Source: an uncultured Bacilli bacterium
GTDB taxonomy: Bacteria > Bacillota_I > Bacilli_A > RF39 > UBA660
Assembly: GCA_950097225.1 (NCBI GenBank)
Contig: CATNCE010000002.1
Span: 5,495-69,494, forward strand
Length of the DNA stretch: 64,000 nt
Direction: 5' to 3'
Under the pieces are notes generated by a model, which had not been told where the DNA came from, did not search any database, and saw nothing but the letters and a program-made list of their open reading frames with translations. This document shows, one piece after another, positions 38,205 to 51,302 of this stretch. Positions within the stretch are counted from its first letter, which is position 1. Each line of letters begins with the position of its first letter. The position numbers and the translations under genes are program-made.

Positions 38205-41200
38205 CTATTCTTCGGTCTCTTCTTCATTCGTAATATCTTCGTCAATGATTTCGTCGTTCTCATCATCTAAGATTACTAATTCTTCCTCTACTCTTTCCTC
38301 TTCATCATCAATAAATTGATTTTCCAAAACTTCGGATGCATCATCAGATAGATATTCTTTTTCAAGAGATATTTCGATATCTGAATATTGTTTTGCACCA
38401 GTTCCAGCAGGAATAAGTTTACCAAGAATAACATTCTCTTTTAAGCCTTTTAAGTAATCAACCTTACCCTTAATAGCAGCATCAGTTAAAACTCTTGTAG
38501 TTTCTTGGAATGATGCAGCAGATAAGAATGAATCTGTTTCAAGAGAAGATTTAGTAATACCTAAGATTACAGGACGACCAGTTGCAGGAACTCCACCTGA
38601 TAAGATAACTGGTTTATTGCGATCAGCAAACTCACGCATTGAGATCGTTAAACCTGCTACTAAGTCAGAGTCACCTTCATCAACAACTTTCATCTTATTA
38701 ATCATACGACTTGCAATAATCTCAACGTGTTTATCAGAGATATCAACACCTTGTGATTTATATACATTTTGAACTTCCTTCAAGATATATTCTTGAGTAG
38801 TTATTGGGTCAGTTACAGCAAGTAATTCTTTTGGACTAATTGAACCTTGAGTTAATTTTTGTCCTGGAACTACTTCACTTCCTACTTCAACTAATACTTT
38901 AGCTTCATAAGTAGTGATATGATCACGAGCTTCGATTTCGTTTTTAATGGTAATTTTCCATTTGCCATTAACGTTTTCGATCTCAGTAACTTTACCAGCA
39001 ATTTCTGCGATTGTAGCTTTAGCTTTTGGAATACGTGCTTCAAACAACTCTTCAACTCTTGGAAGACCTTGAGTGATATCGGCATCTCCACCATGAGCAG
39101 CTCCACCAGAGTGGAATGTACGCATGGTAAGTTGAGTACCAGGCTCACCAATTGATTGAGCAGCCATTATACCTACAGCTTCACCAGTTTCAACTAAATT
39201 ACCAGTAGCTAGGTTACGACCATAACATTTTTGACATACACCATTTGCTGAGGTACATGTAAGTGCACTACGAATTTCAACTTCAGTAATACCAGCTTTT
39301 TCAATTTTTGCTACATGAGATTCTGTTATCATCTCGTCTTTTTCGACAATAACAGCTTTTGTATCAGGATTAATGATACGTTTAGCAGCAAAACGGCCAA
39401 GAATACGATCAGATAATGTTTCGATTACTGAGCCATCTTTTTCGTTTATGAATGCTGATACAACTAGACCAGATAAGCAACCACAATCACTCTCTTTAAC
39501 GATTATATCTTGTGCTACGTCAACTAAACGACGAGTTAAGTATCCTGAGTCAGCTGTACGCAATGCGGTATCAGCAGAACCTTTACGAGCTCCGTGAGTA
39601 TTTAAGAAGAACTCATTTACCTTACGTCCTTCAACTAACGATGAAGTTATTGGAACTTCTGATACTGTTCCATCTGGTTTAGCCATAAGTCCAGACATAC
39701 CAGCCATTTGACCGAATTGTCCAACTGAACCACGAGCACCAGAGTTCATCATCATAAATATTGGGTTTTCTTTTTGAACTTTAGCGATTGCAGCAAGTTC
39801 CCCGTGAACCTTATCTTGTACAGAGTTCCATACATCACATACTGAATTGTGTCTTTCTTCATCAGTAATAAGTCCACGTTTATATTGTTTATTGATTTTC
39901 TCAACCATGTCGTGTCCTTCATGTAAGTGTTCTTGCTTATGTTCAGATACAACGATATCAGACATTGAGAAAGTAATACCTGCAACAGTTGAGAATTTAA
40001 ATCCTAAATCTTTTAATTTATCAAGCATGATAGATGTTTCGGTAGTTTTGAAACGTTTAAATACTTGAGCAATGACTTTTTGTAAATCTTTTTTACCGAA
40101 AGCCTCGATAACAGGCATATTAGCTATGCACTCTGGAATATTAACACCTTGATCTAAGAAGAACTTCATTGGTGTAACACCTTCGATATTATCTTTTGAT
40201 GCTTCGTTTAAATATTGGAATGCATCTGGTAAAATTTCATTAAATTTTATCTTACCAACAGTAGTTACTAAGTACTTATCTTCTACTTCTTCCATAAATA
40301 ATTTATGAGTAAAACTACGAACTGGTAAAGCTATTCTGGTATGAAGAGTAATCTCTTTTCTCTCATAAGCCATTAAAGCTTCGTTTTCATCCTTAAACAC
40401 ACGTCCTTCATTTGGTTCGCCAGCTTTTTCCATAGTTATGTAGTAGTTTCCTAATACCATATCTTGTCCTGGAGTAACGATTGGTTTTCCATCTTTTGGT
40501 GAAAGGATGTTATTAGCACCTAGCATTAATATACGGGCCTCAGCCTTCGCCTCTTCTGAAAGTGGAACGTGTACAGCCATTTGGTCTCCATCAAAGTCAG
40601 CATTGAATGCTGTACAAACTAATGGATGTAAACGAATAGCTTTTCCACCTACTAATTTAGGTTCGAATGCTTGAATACCTAATCTATGTAGAGTTGGAGC
40701 ACGATTTAACATTACTGGATGTTCAGTAATAACGTCTTCAACAACATCCCATACGGAATCATCACGATTATCAATTAATTTCTTAGCACCCTTAATGTTA
40801 TGAGCAAGACCACGTTCTACTAAACCATTTATTACATGTGGTTTAAATAGTTCAAGAGCCATTTCTTTTGGAATACCACATTGATACATTTTCAAGGAAG
40901 GCCCAACAACGATAACGGAACGACCTGAATAATCAACACGTTTTCCTAATAAGTTTTGACGGAAACGACCTTGTTTTCCCTTTAACATACTTGACAAAGA
41001 TTTTAAAGGTCTTGAAGTAGCTGATGTTACACTGCGTCCTCGACGACCATTATCAAATAAAGTATCGACAGCTTCTTGTAACATACGCTTTTCATTTTGA
41101 ACGATTATTGATGGAGCACCTAGCTCAAGTAATTTTTTTAAACGATTATTACGATTAATAATACGACGATATAAATCATTTAAATCTGAGGTAGCAAAAC

Positions 41201-41942
41201 GTCCCCCGTCTAATTGAATCATTGGACGTAAATCTGGTGGAATTACAGGAACAACGTCAAGTACCATCCACTCAGGTTTGTTTCCACTTTCTTGGAAGGC
41301 AACAAGGCAATCAAGACGTTTAACTAATCTAACGCGTTTTTGACCAGTAGCTCCTTCAAGTTCTTTACGCAAACTTTCAATTTCGGCATCAACATTAACT
41401 TCTTGAAGAAGTTTTTTAATAGCTTCTGCTCCCATTCCAACTTCAAAAGAATTACCATATTTTTCATAATAAGCACGATATTCTTTATCAGATAAAGTTT
41501 GTTTTTTCTCTAAAGGTGCAGAGCCTGGGTTAATTACAACGTAACTAACAAAGTATAATACCTCTTCTAAATCTCTTGGTGACATATCTAATACTAGTCC
41601 CATTTTAGAAGGAACACCTTTAAAGAACCAAATGTGAGAACATGGAGAAGCAAGTTCAATGTGTCCCATACGTTCACGACGCACTTTGGATTTTGTAACT
41701 TCAACTCCACATCTATCACATATAACATTTTTATATCTTAATCTCTTGTATTTTCCACAAGAACATTCATAATCCTTTGATGGCCCAAATATTTTTTCGC
41801 AAAATAGACCATCGCGTTCAGGTTTTAAAGTACGATAATTAATAGTTTCTGGTTTTTTTACTTCACCATAAGACCATTCACGTATCTTCTCAGGGCTAGC
41901 TATACTAATTTTTATACCTTTAATGTTGTTTACTTCTAACAT
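38205..41942 (-). CDS. rpoC: DNA-directed RNA polymerase subunit beta' (1245 aa, acidic C-terminal tail)
   Basis: [12 protein letters not shown] catalytic motif and the zinc site [23 protein letters not shown]. The start overlaps the rpoB stop (TAATG). Confidence 0.97.
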   Translation of the reverse strand: MLEVNNIKGIKISIASPEKIREWSYGEVKKPETINYRTLKPERDGLFCEKIFGPSKDYECSCGKYKRLRYKNVICDRCGVEVTKSKVRRERMGHIELASPCSHIWFFKGVPSKMGLVLDMSPRDLEEVLYFVSYVVINPGSAPLEKKQTLSDKEYRAYYEKYGNSFEVGMGAEAIKKLLQEVNVDAEIESLRKELEGATGQKRVRLVKRLDCLVAFQESGNKPEWMVLDVVPVIPPDLRPMIQLDGGRFATSDLNDLYRRIINRNNRLKKLLELGAPSIIVQNEKRMLQEAVDTLFDNGRRGRSVTSATSRPLKSLSSMLKGKQGRFRQNLLGKRVDYSGRSVIVVGPSLKMYQCGIPKEMALELFKPHVINGLVERGLAHNIKGAKKLIDNRDDSVWDVVEDVITEHPVMLNRAPTLHRLGIQAFEPKLVGGKAIRLHPLVCTAFNADFDGDQMAVHVPLSEEAKAEARILMLGANNILSPKDGKPIVTPGQDMVLGNYYITMEKAGEPNEGRVFKDENEALMAYERKEITLHTRIALPVRSFTHKLFMEEVEDKYLVTTVGKIKFNEILPDAFQYLNEASKDNIEGVTPMKFFLDQGVNIPECIANMPVIEAFGKKDLQKVIAQVFKRFKTTETSIMLDKLKDLGFKFSTVAGITFSMSDIVVSEHKQEHLHEGHDMVEKINKQYKRGLITDEERHNSVCDVWNSVQDKVHGELAAIAKVQKENPIFMMMNSGARGSVGQFGQMAGMSGLMAKPDGTVSEVPITSSLVEGRKVNEFFLNTHGARKGSADTALRTADSGYLTRRLVDVAQDIIVKESDCGCLSGLVVSAFINEKDGSVIETLSDRILGRFAAKRIINPDTKAVIVEKDEMITESHVAKIEKAGITEVEIRSALTCTSANGVCQKCYGRNLATGNLVETGEAVGIMAAQSIGEPGTQLTMRTFHSGGAAHGGDADITQGLPRVEELFEARIPKAKATIAEIAGKVTEIENVNGKWKITIKNEIEARDHITTYEAKVLVEVGSEVVPGQKLTQGSISPKELLAVTDPITTQEYILKEVQNVYKSQGVDISDKHVEIIASRMINKMKVVDEGDSDLVAGLTISMREFADRNKPVILSGGVPATGRPVILGITKSSLETDSFLSAASFQETTRVLTDAAIKGKVDYLKGLKENVILGKLIPAGTGAKQYSDIEISLEKEYLSDDASEVLENQFIDDEEERVEEELVILDDENDEIIDEDITNEEETEE

Positions 41943-44900
41943 TATTCTTCCCCTCCTTCAAAACCTTGTTCCATTGCCATGATTTCATCATCGCTTGGTG
42001 CCTCATCATCTAAGTCATCAGCGAATTCGTCAACTTCTTCATCTTCTTCTAAAGTTTCATCTGGCACACTTTCAAAATCTGGTTCACGACGCTTTACTTC
42101 ACCAGTATTAACGTCAATTTCGTCGATTGTTAGAGCTTCTCCAGCGTCTTCATCATCGGCTTCTAATTCACGCAAGTCATGAACTTCATCATTATAATCA
42201 AGCATTTCGATATTTAAACCTAAAGCTTGGAATTCTTTTATTAATACTCGGAAACTCTCTGGAACTCCAGCAGTAGTTATAGTCTTACCTTTTACTAGTG
42301 CTTCGTATACTTTAACACGACCATTAACATCATCGGATTTAACTGTCATGATCTCTTGTAAAACATGAGATGCACCATAAGCATATAATGCCCAAACTTC
42401 CATCTCTCCGAATCTTTGTCCTCCGAATTGAGCTTTACCTCCAAGTGGTTGTTGTGTTACCAAACTGTATGGTCCAGTAGAACGAGCATGTAATTTATCA
42501 TCCACCATGTGGTGTAGCTTAATCATATACATGACACCAACTGATACACGATTTTCAAATGTTTCACCAGTACGTCCGTCATATAACCAAGTTTTACCAT
42601 CAGAATCCATTCCAGCCTCAGCCATCATTTCATAAATTTCATCAATTGTTGCTCCATCAAATACTGGAGTAGCAACATGAACACCTAATTTTTTAGCAGC
42701 CATACCTAAGTGTAATTCAAGAATTTGTCCTAAATTCATACGACTTGGAACACCTTGTGGATTTAAAACAACATCTACTGGTGTACCATCTGGTAAATAA
42801 GGCATATCCTCTTCTGGTAGTATTAGGGATACAACTCCTTTATTTCCGTGACGTCCAGACATTTTATCTCCAACCTGAATCTTACGTTTTTGAACGATAT
42901 AAACGCGAACAACTTTAGATACGCCAGCTGGTAATTCATCACTGTTTTCTTTAGTATAAACTTTAACATCATGAACGATACCATCGGCTCCGTGAGCTAC
43001 ACGTAGTGAGGTATCACGAACTTCACGAGTCTTTTCACCAAATATTGCATGTAATAGCTTTTCTTCAGATGTAAGCTCTTGAACACCTTTTGGTGTTACT
43101 TTTCCAACTAGGATATCCCCCTCATGAACTTCTGTTCCAATGCGAACGATTCCCTCAGAATCAAGATTCTTACGAGCATCTTCTGATACATTTGGTATAT
43201 CACGAGTAATCTCTTCAGGTCCAAGTTTAGTATCACGACAATCAATATCGTAATGTTCAATGTGTAAATTAGTATACACATCATCCTTAACAATTCTTTC
43301 GTTTAATACTACGGCATCCTCATAGTTATATCCATTACATGTCATGAATGCAACAACCATGTTTTTACCTAAAGCTAATTCTCCTTTGTCAGTCGAAGGT
43401 CCATCGGCGATAACCTCACCAGCATGAACTTTCTCACCAATTGAAACAATTGGAGAATGGTTTATACAACTCTCAGCATTACTTCTTTCGAAATTTGCTA
43501 AATAGTATACGTCTTTATCTTTAGCTGTTTTAACAACTATTTTCTTAGCATCAGCATATTCTACTACACCATCGGCCTTACATACGATTGTGCTTCCAGA
43601 ATCTCTAGCGGCAATGTATTCAACCCCTGTACCGATTAGCGGAGCTTCTGTCTTTATTAAAGGAACAGCTTGACGTTGCATGTTTGAACCCATTAGAGCA
43701 CGAGTTGCATCGTCATGGTCTAAGAATGGAATTATACTTGTAGTTATTGATACGATTTGACTTGGGGCAACATCGATATAATTGATATTTTCTTTTTTAG
43801 TCGAAACGTTATCACCATTAAAACGACAAATAGGTTCTTCTTCAATAATATTATTTTTATCATCCATAGCAATTGTTGCTTGTCCGATATAGTAATCTGC
43901 TTCTTCATCAGCTGTCATATAGATAATTTCATCAGTTACATGACAATTATCAACACGACGATATGGAGTCATTATGAAACCATATTCATTTATTTTAGCG
44001 TAACTTGCTAGTGAAGTAATAAGTCCGATGTTAGCTCCTTCTGGAGATTCGATAGGACAAATACGACCATAGTGCGATACGTTAACGTCACGAACGTCCA
44101 TTCCAGCACGATCTCTTGATAATCCACCTGGTCCTAAAGACGATAGACGACGTTTGTCAGTTAACTCAGCAATTGGGTTGATTTGATCCATGAATTTAGA
44201 TAATTGACTGGATCCAAAGAACTCTTTCATTGCTGCCGTAACTGGGCGAATATTAATTAATGTTTTTGGAGTTATTGCATCTAATTCTTGAGTAGTCATT
44301 CGCTCACGAATAACTCTTTCCATACGAGCAATTCCTGTTTTAAATTGATTTTGAATCAATTCACCAACTTGACGTACACGACGATTTCCTAAATGGTCAA
44401 TCTCATCAACACTTCCAAAGCCAGCTAGTAAATCTAAATAATAACTTACAGCAGCATAAACATCGGAAATAGTTAAACGTCTTGAGTCAATTGATTGATC
44501 ATTACCAATAATAGTAATGACTTTATTTTCTTGCTTCTTATCAAATACTTTAATAGTTTGAATTTTATTATATTGATCTAACTCTTCGTTAATAGTTACT
44601 TCTTTTATATTGTAACCATTTGCAAAAATTGGTCTAATTTTTTCAAGCATAGTTTTATCAACTATAGTACCTGATGGACATATAACTTCTTTACCATCTT
44701 TGATATCCTCAGCAATAGTCATGCCAAGTAGACGATCTAATACATTTAATTTTTTATTAAATTTATAACGTCCTACTTTAGCTAAGTCATAACGGAATTT
44801 ATCGAAGAATCTAGTAATCATTTGGTTCTTTGCTGAATCTAGAGTTGCTGGTTCTCCAGGTCTTAACTTCTCATAAATTTCAATTAATGCCTCATCTGTA

Positions 44901-45586
44901 TTCTTAGTTGAGTCTTTTTCTAATGTATTTTTGATAAATACATTATCTTCTCCGAATACTTCTAAAATTTCTTCGTCACTAGAAAGACCTAGTGCACGTA
45001 AAAGTGTTGTAATAGTAACTTTACGCGTTCTATCAATTCTTACATATACAACATCTCTTGCATCAAGTTCAAATTCCAACCATGTTCCACGGTTAGGGAT
45101 AATCTCACCAGATACTACTGGACGTCCATTTTTATCTATTTCACGTTTAAAATAGATAGATGGGCTTCTTACTAATTGCGAAACGATAACTCTTTCTACT
45201 CCGTTTATGATAAACGTCCCAGCTTCAGTCATCATTGGCATGTCGCCTAGGAAAATCTCTTGCTCTTTTACTTCCCCAGTTTCATGAATAAAAACTCTAG
45301 CTTGAACTTTTAATGGAGCTGAATATGTTACCATACGCTCTTTTGATTCTTTTACGCCATATCTTGGTGCATCAAAACTATAGTTTTCAAAATCCAAAGA
45401 TATTTTTCCTGTAAACGATTCTACAGGGAATATATCCTTAATTACCTCATCAATACCCTCAGTTAAGAATGTATTGTACGAATCTTTTTGAATAGCTAAT
45501 AAGTCTGTTAATGCTAAGGCGTTCGTTGTTTTTGAGAAACTTCTTCGTTCTCTATGGTCACCAAATTTTTGAACTTTGTATGCCAT
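41942..45586 (-). CDS. rpoB: DNA-directed RNA polymerase subunit beta (1214 aa, acidic C-terminal tail)
   Basis: [30 protein letters not shown]. Confidence 0.97.
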   Translation of the reverse strand: MAYKVQKFGDHRERRSFSKTTNALALTDLLAIQKDSYNTFLTEGIDEVIKDIFPVESFTGKISLDFENYSFDAPRYGVKESKERMVTYSAPLKVQARVFIHETGEVKEQEIFLGDMPMMTEAGTFIINGVERVIVSQLVRSPSIYFKREIDKNGRPVVSGEIIPNRGTWLEFELDARDVVYVRIDRTRKVTITTLLRALGLSSDEEILEVFGEDNVFIKNTLEKDSTKNTDEALIEIYEKLRPGEPATLDSAKNQMITRFFDKFRYDLAKVGRYKFNKKLNVLDRLLGMTIAEDIKDGKEVICPSGTIVDKTMLEKIRPIFANGYNIKEVTINEELDQYNKIQTIKVFDKKQENKVITIIGNDQSIDSRRLTISDVYAAVSYYLDLLAGFGSVDEIDHLGNRRVRQVGELIQNQFKTGIARMERVIRERMTTQELDAITPKTLINIRPVTAAMKEFFGSSQLSKFMDQINPIAELTDKRRLSSLGPGGLSRDRAGMDVRDVNVSHYGRICPIESPEGANIGLITSLASYAKINEYGFIMTPYRRVDNCHVTDEIIYMTADEEADYYIGQATIAMDDKNNIIEEEPICRFNGDNVSTKKENINYIDVAPSQIVSITTSIIPFLDHDDATRALMGSNMQRQAVPLIKTEAPLIGTGVEYIAARDSGSTIVCKADGVVEYADAKKIVVKTAKDKDVYYLANFERSNAESCINHSPIVSIGEKVHAGEVIADGPSTDKGELALGKNMVVAFMTCNGYNYEDAVVLNERIVKDDVYTNLHIEHYDIDCRDTKLGPEEITRDIPNVSEDARKNLDSEGIVRIGTEVHEGDILVGKVTPKGVQELTSEEKLLHAIFGEKTREVRDTSLRVAHGADGIVHDVKVYTKENSDELPAGVSKVVRVYIVQKRKIQVGDKMSGRHGNKGVVSLILPEEDMPYLPDGTPVDVVLNPQGVPSRMNLGQILELHLGMAAKKLGVHVATPVFDGATIDEIYEMMAEAGMDSDGKTWLYDGRTGETFENRVSVGVMYMIKLHHMVDDKLHARSTGPYSLVTQQPLGGKAQFGGQRFGEMEVWALYAYGASHVLQEIMTVKSDDVNGRVKVYEALVKGKTITTAGVPESFRVLIKEFQALGLNIEMLDYNDEVHDLRELEADDEDAGEALTIDEIDVNTGEVKRREPDFESVPDETLEEDEEVDEFADDLDDEAPSDDEIMAMEQGFEGGEE

Positions 45587-45683
45587 CTTTTCACCCCAAT
45601 ACTATAGTAATTTTTTGTGAACTCCACGTAAAAAAGGAGTATTCGCCACTAATGCAAAATTATATAGGCATTTTACTTTAGTG

Positions 45684-46277
45684 TCAATCATTTTTGGCAA
45701 CAATTATGAAAAAACCTTTACTTTTCTCTAGTACTTCAATGTTATAAGTATTTTTTAGAATTTCCATAATACTTTTTGCCCCTTGATCTTTTCTTATAAC
45801 AAACCATAATTCTCCCGAAGGACGCAAATATTCCTTGGCCGATGTGAGAATTTTTAAAACGGTCTGTTTACCAGTTCTAATCGGAGGGTTGGTTATTATT
45901 ACATCATAAGTATCACTTACTGCATTATAAATATCAGATTCAAAAGCTTTGGCGTTTACTCCTATTTTTTTGATATTCATGGCGGCAAGATGAACGGCAC
46001 GTTTATTAACATCAATTAGTGTCGATGTCGTATTCATATACTTTGCAAGCAAGATACCAATAATACCATATCCGCAACCGACATCAAGGACTTTAACGTT
46101 TTTTCTTCCATATTTGTAGTAAGTATCAATTAACAGATTGCTGCCAAAATCAACTTTATCTTTAGAGAAGACTCCTAAGTCACTTGTAAATTCAGTTATT
46201 TCATCACCATGTTTGTAGATGATCGTTCTAAATTCACTTTTTAAATTGTCGTTGTTTGTAAAGTAGTGCTCCATCAA
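45684..46277 (-). CDS. Class I SAM-dependent methyltransferase, RsmC/YbxB-like
   Basis: VLDVGCGYGIIG (motif I) and ITNPPIRTGK (NPPx motif). The position upstream of rpoB matches B. subtilis ybxB. Confidence 0.75.
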   Translation of the reverse strand: MMEHYFTNNDNLKSEFRTIIYKHGDEITEFTSDLGVFSKDKVDFGSNLLIDTYYKYGRKNVKVLDVGCGYGIIGILLAKYMNTTSTLIDVNKRAVHLAAMNIKKIGVNAKAFESDIYNAVSDTYDVIITNPPIRTGKQTVLKILTSAKEYLRPSGELWFVIRKDQGAKSIMEILKNTYNIEVLEKSKGFFIIVAKND

Positions 46278-46353
46278 TTTTCCCCTTCGAATATCAATAT
46301 TATAGCAAAATTTAAAGCCTTAAACAATATTTTTTCACAAAAATAAAAGATTG

Positions 46354-46827
46354 TTAGTCAATTTTAACAATCTTTACTTCGTATGAACCATTAGGACTTT
46401 CAATAGTTACAATATCTCCTACTTTGTGTCCGCATAAAGCAGAGCCCATTGCTGATTCATCAGATATTTTGTTTTCAAGAATATTAGCTTCTAGGGACCC
46501 TACGATTTTATATTGGTCTTCATCTTCTTCGTCATCAACAAAAGCTACAGTTACAGTTGAGCCTAAACCAACTTCCCCTTCTTTAGCTTCAGAGATGATT
46601 GTGGCATGTTCAAGCATGTGTTCTAACTCAATAATCTTAGTTTCAATCTTAGCTTGCTCATCACGAGCAGCATCGTAATCGGCATTTTCTGATAAATCGC
46701 CTTGTTCACGCGCTTCTTTTATAGCTTGAATTATTCTAGGTCTATCTTCTTCTCTTAACTTAACAAGTTCTTTTTGAATTTCATTATATCCATCACTTGT
46801 CAATTTGATTTCTTTCTTTTCTGACAT
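46354..46827 (-). CDS. greA: Transcription elongation factor GreA
   Basis: GDLSENADYDAARDEQ. Start moved to ATG 46827 (AGAAGGGTG upstream). Confidence 0.9.
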   Translation of the reverse strand: MSEKKEIKLTSDGYNEIQKELVKLREEDRPRIIQAIKEAREQGDLSENADYDAARDEQAKIETKIIELEHMLEHATIISEAKEGEVGLGSTVTVAFVDDEEDEDQYKIVGSLEANILENKISDESAMGSALCGHKVGDIVTIESPNGSYEVKIVKID

Positions 46828-46898
46828 AAAATTCACCCTTCTTTGTAATATTATTTTCATTTCAATAAAACTACTTTAAAATGATAGTATACTTTCAT

Positions 46899-48107
46899 TT
46901 AAATGTCAAACATTTTTATTCTCATCATGTCGTATTTATGTATTTCATAAGGACAATTAATTTTGATGATCATTTGGGGATGACGAGCAACATCGATACT
47001 TTCTCCTGACTCATCTATGATGTTTTTTATTTGAAATGTATAAGTTTCATGACTTGGCCCAAAAACTTGAACCATATCGCCTTTTTTGAAATTATTGCGC
47101 TGTTCAATAGTTGCTACTCCATCTTGATAATCCAAAACAAGTCCTAAAAAATCTTGATTAGATAATTCTTCGCGGCCAAGGTAGTATTGTTCATTAACAC
47201 CTGGGAGAGAAGCAAAAAATTGAGGAGCCGAGTCACGATTAGCTACGCGATTTAACACTTTTAAGGCATACTCTTGATATTCTTTAGTAAGTGTATTAGT
47301 TTTTAACTTATCTATTAATCGGCGATAAATTAAAATAACCGTTGAAACATAATATATTGAACGCATACGCCCTTCTATTTTAAAAGAATTTACGCCCGAT
47401 TCGATCATACTTTCAATTAAGGGAACCATATTCAAATCTTTTGGGGTCATAGAAAATGGCTCATCGGTTATTTTTTTATCTGAATCTAGGTAATCGAAGG
47501 TCCAACGGCATATTTGTGCACACCCTCCACGATTAGAATCACGATTAGTGCAATAATTTGATAAGACACAGCGCCCAGAGATGCTCGTACACATAGCACC
47601 ATGAACAAAACATTCAATTTCTAAACCAGTTTCTTCCTTAATTCTCCTAATATCTTCCTTGCTAGCTTCACGAGCTAGTACTACTCTTGTTGCTCCCATA
47701 TTTTTATAAAATAAAGCAGCTTCATAATTTAATATGCTTGCTTGTGTAGAAATATGTATCTCCAAATCTATCTTATGTTCCCTTATCATGTTCATTACCG
47801 CGATATCACTAGTGATTATGGCATCAACCTTAATCGAACTTAGGTATTGCAAATATTCTAATAAGCCACTTAAGTCTTCATTGTGAAATACGATATTAAC
47901 AGTAACATATACGCGCTTATTCATACTATGAGCAAATAAAACCGCTTCCTGCATTTCTGATAAATCAAAATTTTTGGCATTAGCTCTTAAAGAATAGTTT
48001 TTTCCACCAAAATAAACGGCATCTGCCCCATAGTGAAAAGCAAAGCGCATTTTTTCAATTGTTCCAGCTGGTGCTAAAAGTTCAATATTATCGATCATTA
48101 TACTCAC
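46899..48107 (-). CDS. Peptidase U32-family protein, YrrO-like (TrhP-type, tRNA ho5U pathway)
   Basis: IELLAPAG...GADAVYFGG and the Cys-rich block CTNRDSNRGGCAQICRW. Synteny with yrrM-yrrN-yrrO. Confidence 0.8.
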   Translation of the reverse strand: MSIMIDNIELLAPAGTIEKMRFAFHYGADAVYFGGKNYSLRANAKNFDLSEMQEAVLFAHSMNKRVYVTVNIVFHNEDLSGLLEYLQYLSSIKVDAIITSDIAVMNMIREHKIDLEIHISTQASILNYEAALFYKNMGATRVVLAREASKEDIRRIKEETGLEIECFVHGAMCTSISGRCVLSNYCTNRDSNRGGCAQICRWTFDYLDSDKKITDEPFSMTPKDLNMVPLIESMIESGVNSFKIEGRMRSIYYVSTVILIYRRLIDKLKTNTLTKEYQEYALKVLNRVANRDSAPQFFASLPGVNEQYYLGREELSNQDFLGLVLDYQDGVATIEQRNNFKKGDMVQVFGPSHETYTFQIKNIIDESGESIDVARHPQMIIKINCPYEIHKYDMMRIKMFDI

Positions 48108-48882
48108 TCATTCTATAGACGGTTTTCTTAGATAAGAAGCCAGAACTTCCAAATTCTTGCCCATCTAAAATATCTTTTATTTGTTCAACACGCAAATCCA
48201 AATTCATTACTAGATAAAATTTGATTTTGTCATCTGGTATTTCCTGTTGTAATTTTACATAGTTAAAGTATTCATCATTATAGATAATTGTTCCATTTTT
48301 TTCTTCTAATGCAAGAAAAGTATTATTAGTGTGTGACTCTTTTAAGGTCATTTTATGGTTTTTTGGTAAGTTACTATATTCATTAAAGTTACTTAATAGC
48401 GTTCTTCTAGAATACATTATTTGGTTTTTCCCTAAAATAGTAAACACTAATGGTTTATGAGAAGACGCGATAATATCTTTTATTTCCTCTTGGGTAAGTT
48501 CATTACTAATAACCGCTGATGTAGCACCTAAATCGAGCCAGGTATTAATGGATGATGCATTAGTTGCAAAATGATTCTGATACCAAATCAATTCTAGATT
48601 CGTATTAGAAAAAATATTGAACACGCCAACGTCCTCAAAGAAAATTCCTTTGAAGCGCATTAATTCAGGAGCTAACCTTTTTAACTTATCAATACTTTCT
48701 GTATCAAGCACTCGATTAATAAGGATATAAGCATTACTTGGTATACTTGCAATGGGTATTTTTGTATAGCCAATAGAAAACTCTGGTATTGCAAAAAGAA
48801 AATTGGTTATGCCAATTTTCTCGTACTCATTAATCATATCTAAATTGTTAATATTAATCAATATTTTTGACATTAGTATCAT
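48088..48882 (-). CDS. Divergent U32-like protein, YrrN-like by position
   Basis: Assigned mainly by synteny and by 20-nt and 29-nt overlaps with its neighbours. Motifs are weak. Confidence 0.45.
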   Translation of the reverse strand: MILMSKILININNLDMINEYEKIGITNFLFAIPEFSIGYTKIPIASIPSNAYILINRVLDTESIDKLKRLAPELMRFKGIFFEDVGVFNIFSNTNLELIWYQNHFATNASSINTWLDLGATSAVISNELTQEEIKDIIASSHKPLVFTILGKNQIMYSRRTLLSNFNEYSNLPKNHKMTLKESHTNNTFLALEEKNGTIIYNDEYFNYVKLQQEIPDDKIKFYLVMNLDLRVEQIKDILDGQEFGSSGFLSKKTVYRMSEYNDR

Positions 48883-49465
48883 TCTTTCTGAAACTTACTG
48901 ATAAACCATCACCTATATCATAAAATTTAGTGGTATATTCATCGTGAGCTTTTAAAAATTCAATATATTTTTCAATTTTATTTACTAAACCTAAAACGTT
49001 TTTAGATTCAACTTTATCTTTATTTTCTACTAAACCATGAAATTTTAGATTATCGGTTATAATAACCCCTTCTGGATTTAAGTAGTTTTCGAATTTCTCA
49101 AAGAATTTAATATATTGTCCTTTGGCAGCGTCGATGAATATTAGATCGTATTTATGCCCTGCTAGATTCACATCTAAAGCATCATTAAATACAATATTGA
49201 TTTGATTACTCATCCCACACTCGTTGACATTTTTAACAGCTTCACGATAGCGTTTATCGTCGCGTTCAATCGTCGTAACTTCAACGCTTTTATCAGTTGA
49301 AGCCATAAGAATTGCCGAATAGCCAATAGCTGTTCCCAACTCTAAAATACTTTTTACATTATTAAGTTTTATATATTTACGAATAAATTCAATTGAATCT
49401 TTTTCAATGATAGGAACATTGTTTGCCTCAGCATAACGTTCCATTTCTTTTATTATTTCATTCAT
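48854..49465 (-). CDS. trmR: SAM-dependent O-methyltransferase, YrrM/TrmR-like
   Basis: ILELGTAIGYSA, LIFIDAAK. Synteny. Confidence 0.7.
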   Translation of the reverse strand: MNEIIKEMERYAEANNVPIIEKDSIEFIRKYIKLNNVKSILELGTAIGYSAILMASTDKSVEVTTIERDDKRYREAVKNVNECGMSNQINIVFNDALDVNLAGHKYDLIFIDAAKGQYIKFFEKFENYLNPEGVIITDNLKFHGLVENKDKVESKNVLGLVNKIEKYIEFLKAHDEYTTKFYDIGDGLSVSFRKNDTNVKNID

Positions 49466-49482
49466 TTATTGTTTTACACCTC

Positions 49483-50583
49483 TTACTCAGCCCATAAGCC
49501 TTGTTTTTTTAAATTATTAATAACTTGATTTTGCTCTGCATATGTTTTACTGAAATACACTTTGTTATTGCGATCTGCTACGAAGTAGTAATTTTCAGTT
49601 TCGTTAGGATTTACTGCGGCAACAATTGATGATAATGATGGATTACATATTGGGCCGATTGGCAACCCGTTAATAGCACAGGTTCCCCTAGTATTATATG
49701 CATTACAAGCATTTATTTCACTCATGTATAAGCTTTCGCTCATCTCTTTTTTTACACCATAATAAGTGGTAACGTCACTTCCTAAAGTCATTTTAGTATT
49801 TAGGCGATTTTTAAATACTCCTGCCGTTTCTAAACGATCATCGGGCGTTACAGCTTCTAATTCTACCATACTTGCTAGCGTAAGTAAATTATGTATAGAC
49901 TTATTTGTTAAGTTTATCTCTTCTTTATAAGTCGTCAATTTAGAATCTAGTTGATCTAACATTTTCTTAATGATGCCCTCAAGAGTAGCATCGCGTTCAA
50001 ATTCATAAGTATCAGGAAATAGGTATCCCTCTAGCGGATAATAAAGATTCGGTGACAAAACGGCATCATCCATAAACCAATAATCTTTGATAAGTTTTTT
50101 TAAATAATCTTGATTAGACATTTTAGCTAAAACTTCTTCTTCAGAATATGGAAAACTTTCAGATATTTTTTTAGCATAATAAGGAATTTTCTTTCCTTCA
50201 ACAAAAGTAATACTAATAGTATCTTGAATAGTATTTTTACCATTTTTGAAGATTTCAATTATTTCATCAACACTCATGTTTTTAGATAGTGAATAGGATC
50301 CCGCCTGAAAGTTAACCTTAGAATTAGCTTTAAGATAGATTTTGAAAGTCAAAGCATTTTTGATTAAGCCTTGTCTCTCTAATTCATCAGCCACTTTATT
50401 CGTCCCCCAGCCACGCGCTAAAACGAACGTTATTTCCTCACCACTATTTTTATCAACTGGCGCTAATGTGTAAAAGAAATAACCAGCAACGCCAATAATG
50501 CACATGAAGAAAATGGCAAAAATAATTACGAAAATGATAGCAATTCTTTTGGCAATCCTATTCGTTGTTTGTTCCGTCTTCAT
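49483..50583 (-). CDS. mltG: Endolytic murein transglycosylase MltG (YceG-like)
   Basis: N-terminal TM segment, LEGYLFPDTYEF, LASMVELE. The start is uncertain (ATG 50583 or GTG 50616). Confidence 0.85.
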   Translation of the reverse strand: MKTEQTTNRIAKRIAIIFVIIFAIFFMCIIGVAGYFFYTLAPVDKNSGEEITFVLARGWGTNKVADELERQGLIKNALTFKIYLKANSKVNFQAGSYSLSKNMSVDEIIEIFKNGKNTIQDTISITFVEGKKIPYYAKKISESFPYSEEEVLAKMSNQDYLKKLIKDYWFMDDAVLSPNLYYPLEGYLFPDTYEFERDATLEGIIKKMLDQLDSKLTTYKEEINLTNKSIHNLLTLASMVELEAVTPDDRLETAGVFKNRLNTKMTLGSDVTTYYGVKKEMSESLYMSEINACNAYNTRGTCAINGLPIGPICNPSLSSIVAAVNPNETENYYFVADRNNKVYFSKTYAEQNQVINNLKKQGLWAE

Positions 50584-50881
50584 TAGATTCACTACTTTCT
50601 TTAGCCATTTGCTCACGAAGTTGTTCCTGGGTTGAAATCAAAATATTTTCAATTACTTTCCATTCCTTATCACTTGTAAGAGGTTGTAGTGATAAATCTT
50701 GGCCAGTTGGGTCATAGGTATTAGCACGAATTATAACATTTCCTTTTTCATCAGTAGAATTATCCGTATAGGCAATATAGCTTTTACCAGTTTCATCAGA
50801 ATCAAAAGTAAATAATTTGTAGTACTCTTTTTCTACTCCTTTTTCATCTTTTACAATAAATTTTGCATCTTCCATATTCAT
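50558..50881 (-). CDS. DUF1292 family protein (YrzB-like)
   Basis: YYKLFTFDSDETGKSYIAYTD pattern. Synteny. Confidence 0.7.
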   Translation of the reverse strand: MNMEDAKFIVKDEKGVEKEYYKLFTFDSDETGKSYIAYTDNSTDEKGNVIIRANTYDPTGQDLSLQPLTSDKEWKVIENILISTQEQLREQMAKESSESNEDGTNNE

Positions 50882-50882
50882 A

Positions 50883-51302
50883 TTATTTATTCCCTTCTAC
50901 TCTTCTTAAGTATGTATCTAGTATAAGACTAGCGGCTACACTATCTATAATTTTTTTACGATTTTCCCTTCTAACATCAGAAGAAATCAAATATTTCTCA
51001 GCTTCAACCGTCGATAAACGTTCATCAACTAATTCAATTGCTAAATCCGTTTTGGCAGCCAATAAATTCTTGAAATTCTCGGTTCGTTCGATAGCAAACC
51101 CCAATGAATTATTCATATTTTTAGGATAACCTAAAACAAGGACCTCGATTCGAAGTTCTTTAATAAGCTTTATAACTTCATCAACGAGATCATCTAAATT
51201 CTCATAACGAATAGTCTTATAGGGACTTGCAATCATTCCTAGTTTATCAGAAGTTGCTAGCCCAAGTGTCTTAGTTCCTAAATCCATTCCTAAACACTTC
51301 AT
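50883..51302 (-). CDS. ruvX: Holliday junction resolvase-like nuclease RuvX/YqgF
   Basis: LGMDLGTKTLGLATSD...DERLST. Confidence 0.9.
   Translation of the reverse strand: MKCLGMDLGTKTLGLATSDKLGMIASPYKTIRYENLDDLVDEVIKLIKELRIEVLVLGYPKNMNNSLGFAIERTENFKNLLAAKTDLAIELVDERLSTVEAEKYLISSDVRRENRKKIIDSVAASLILDTYLRRVEGNK

Noticed and set aside
38891-45155. Alternative-frame and antisense ORFs inside rpoC and rpoB (38891-39151, 38919-39155, 39373-39597, 39752-39985, 39847-40068, 41979-42182, 43108-43293, 43757-44011, 44931-45155)
   Set aside because: None has an SD or family-like sequence. Their compositions are typical of off-frame translation of highly expressed genes.
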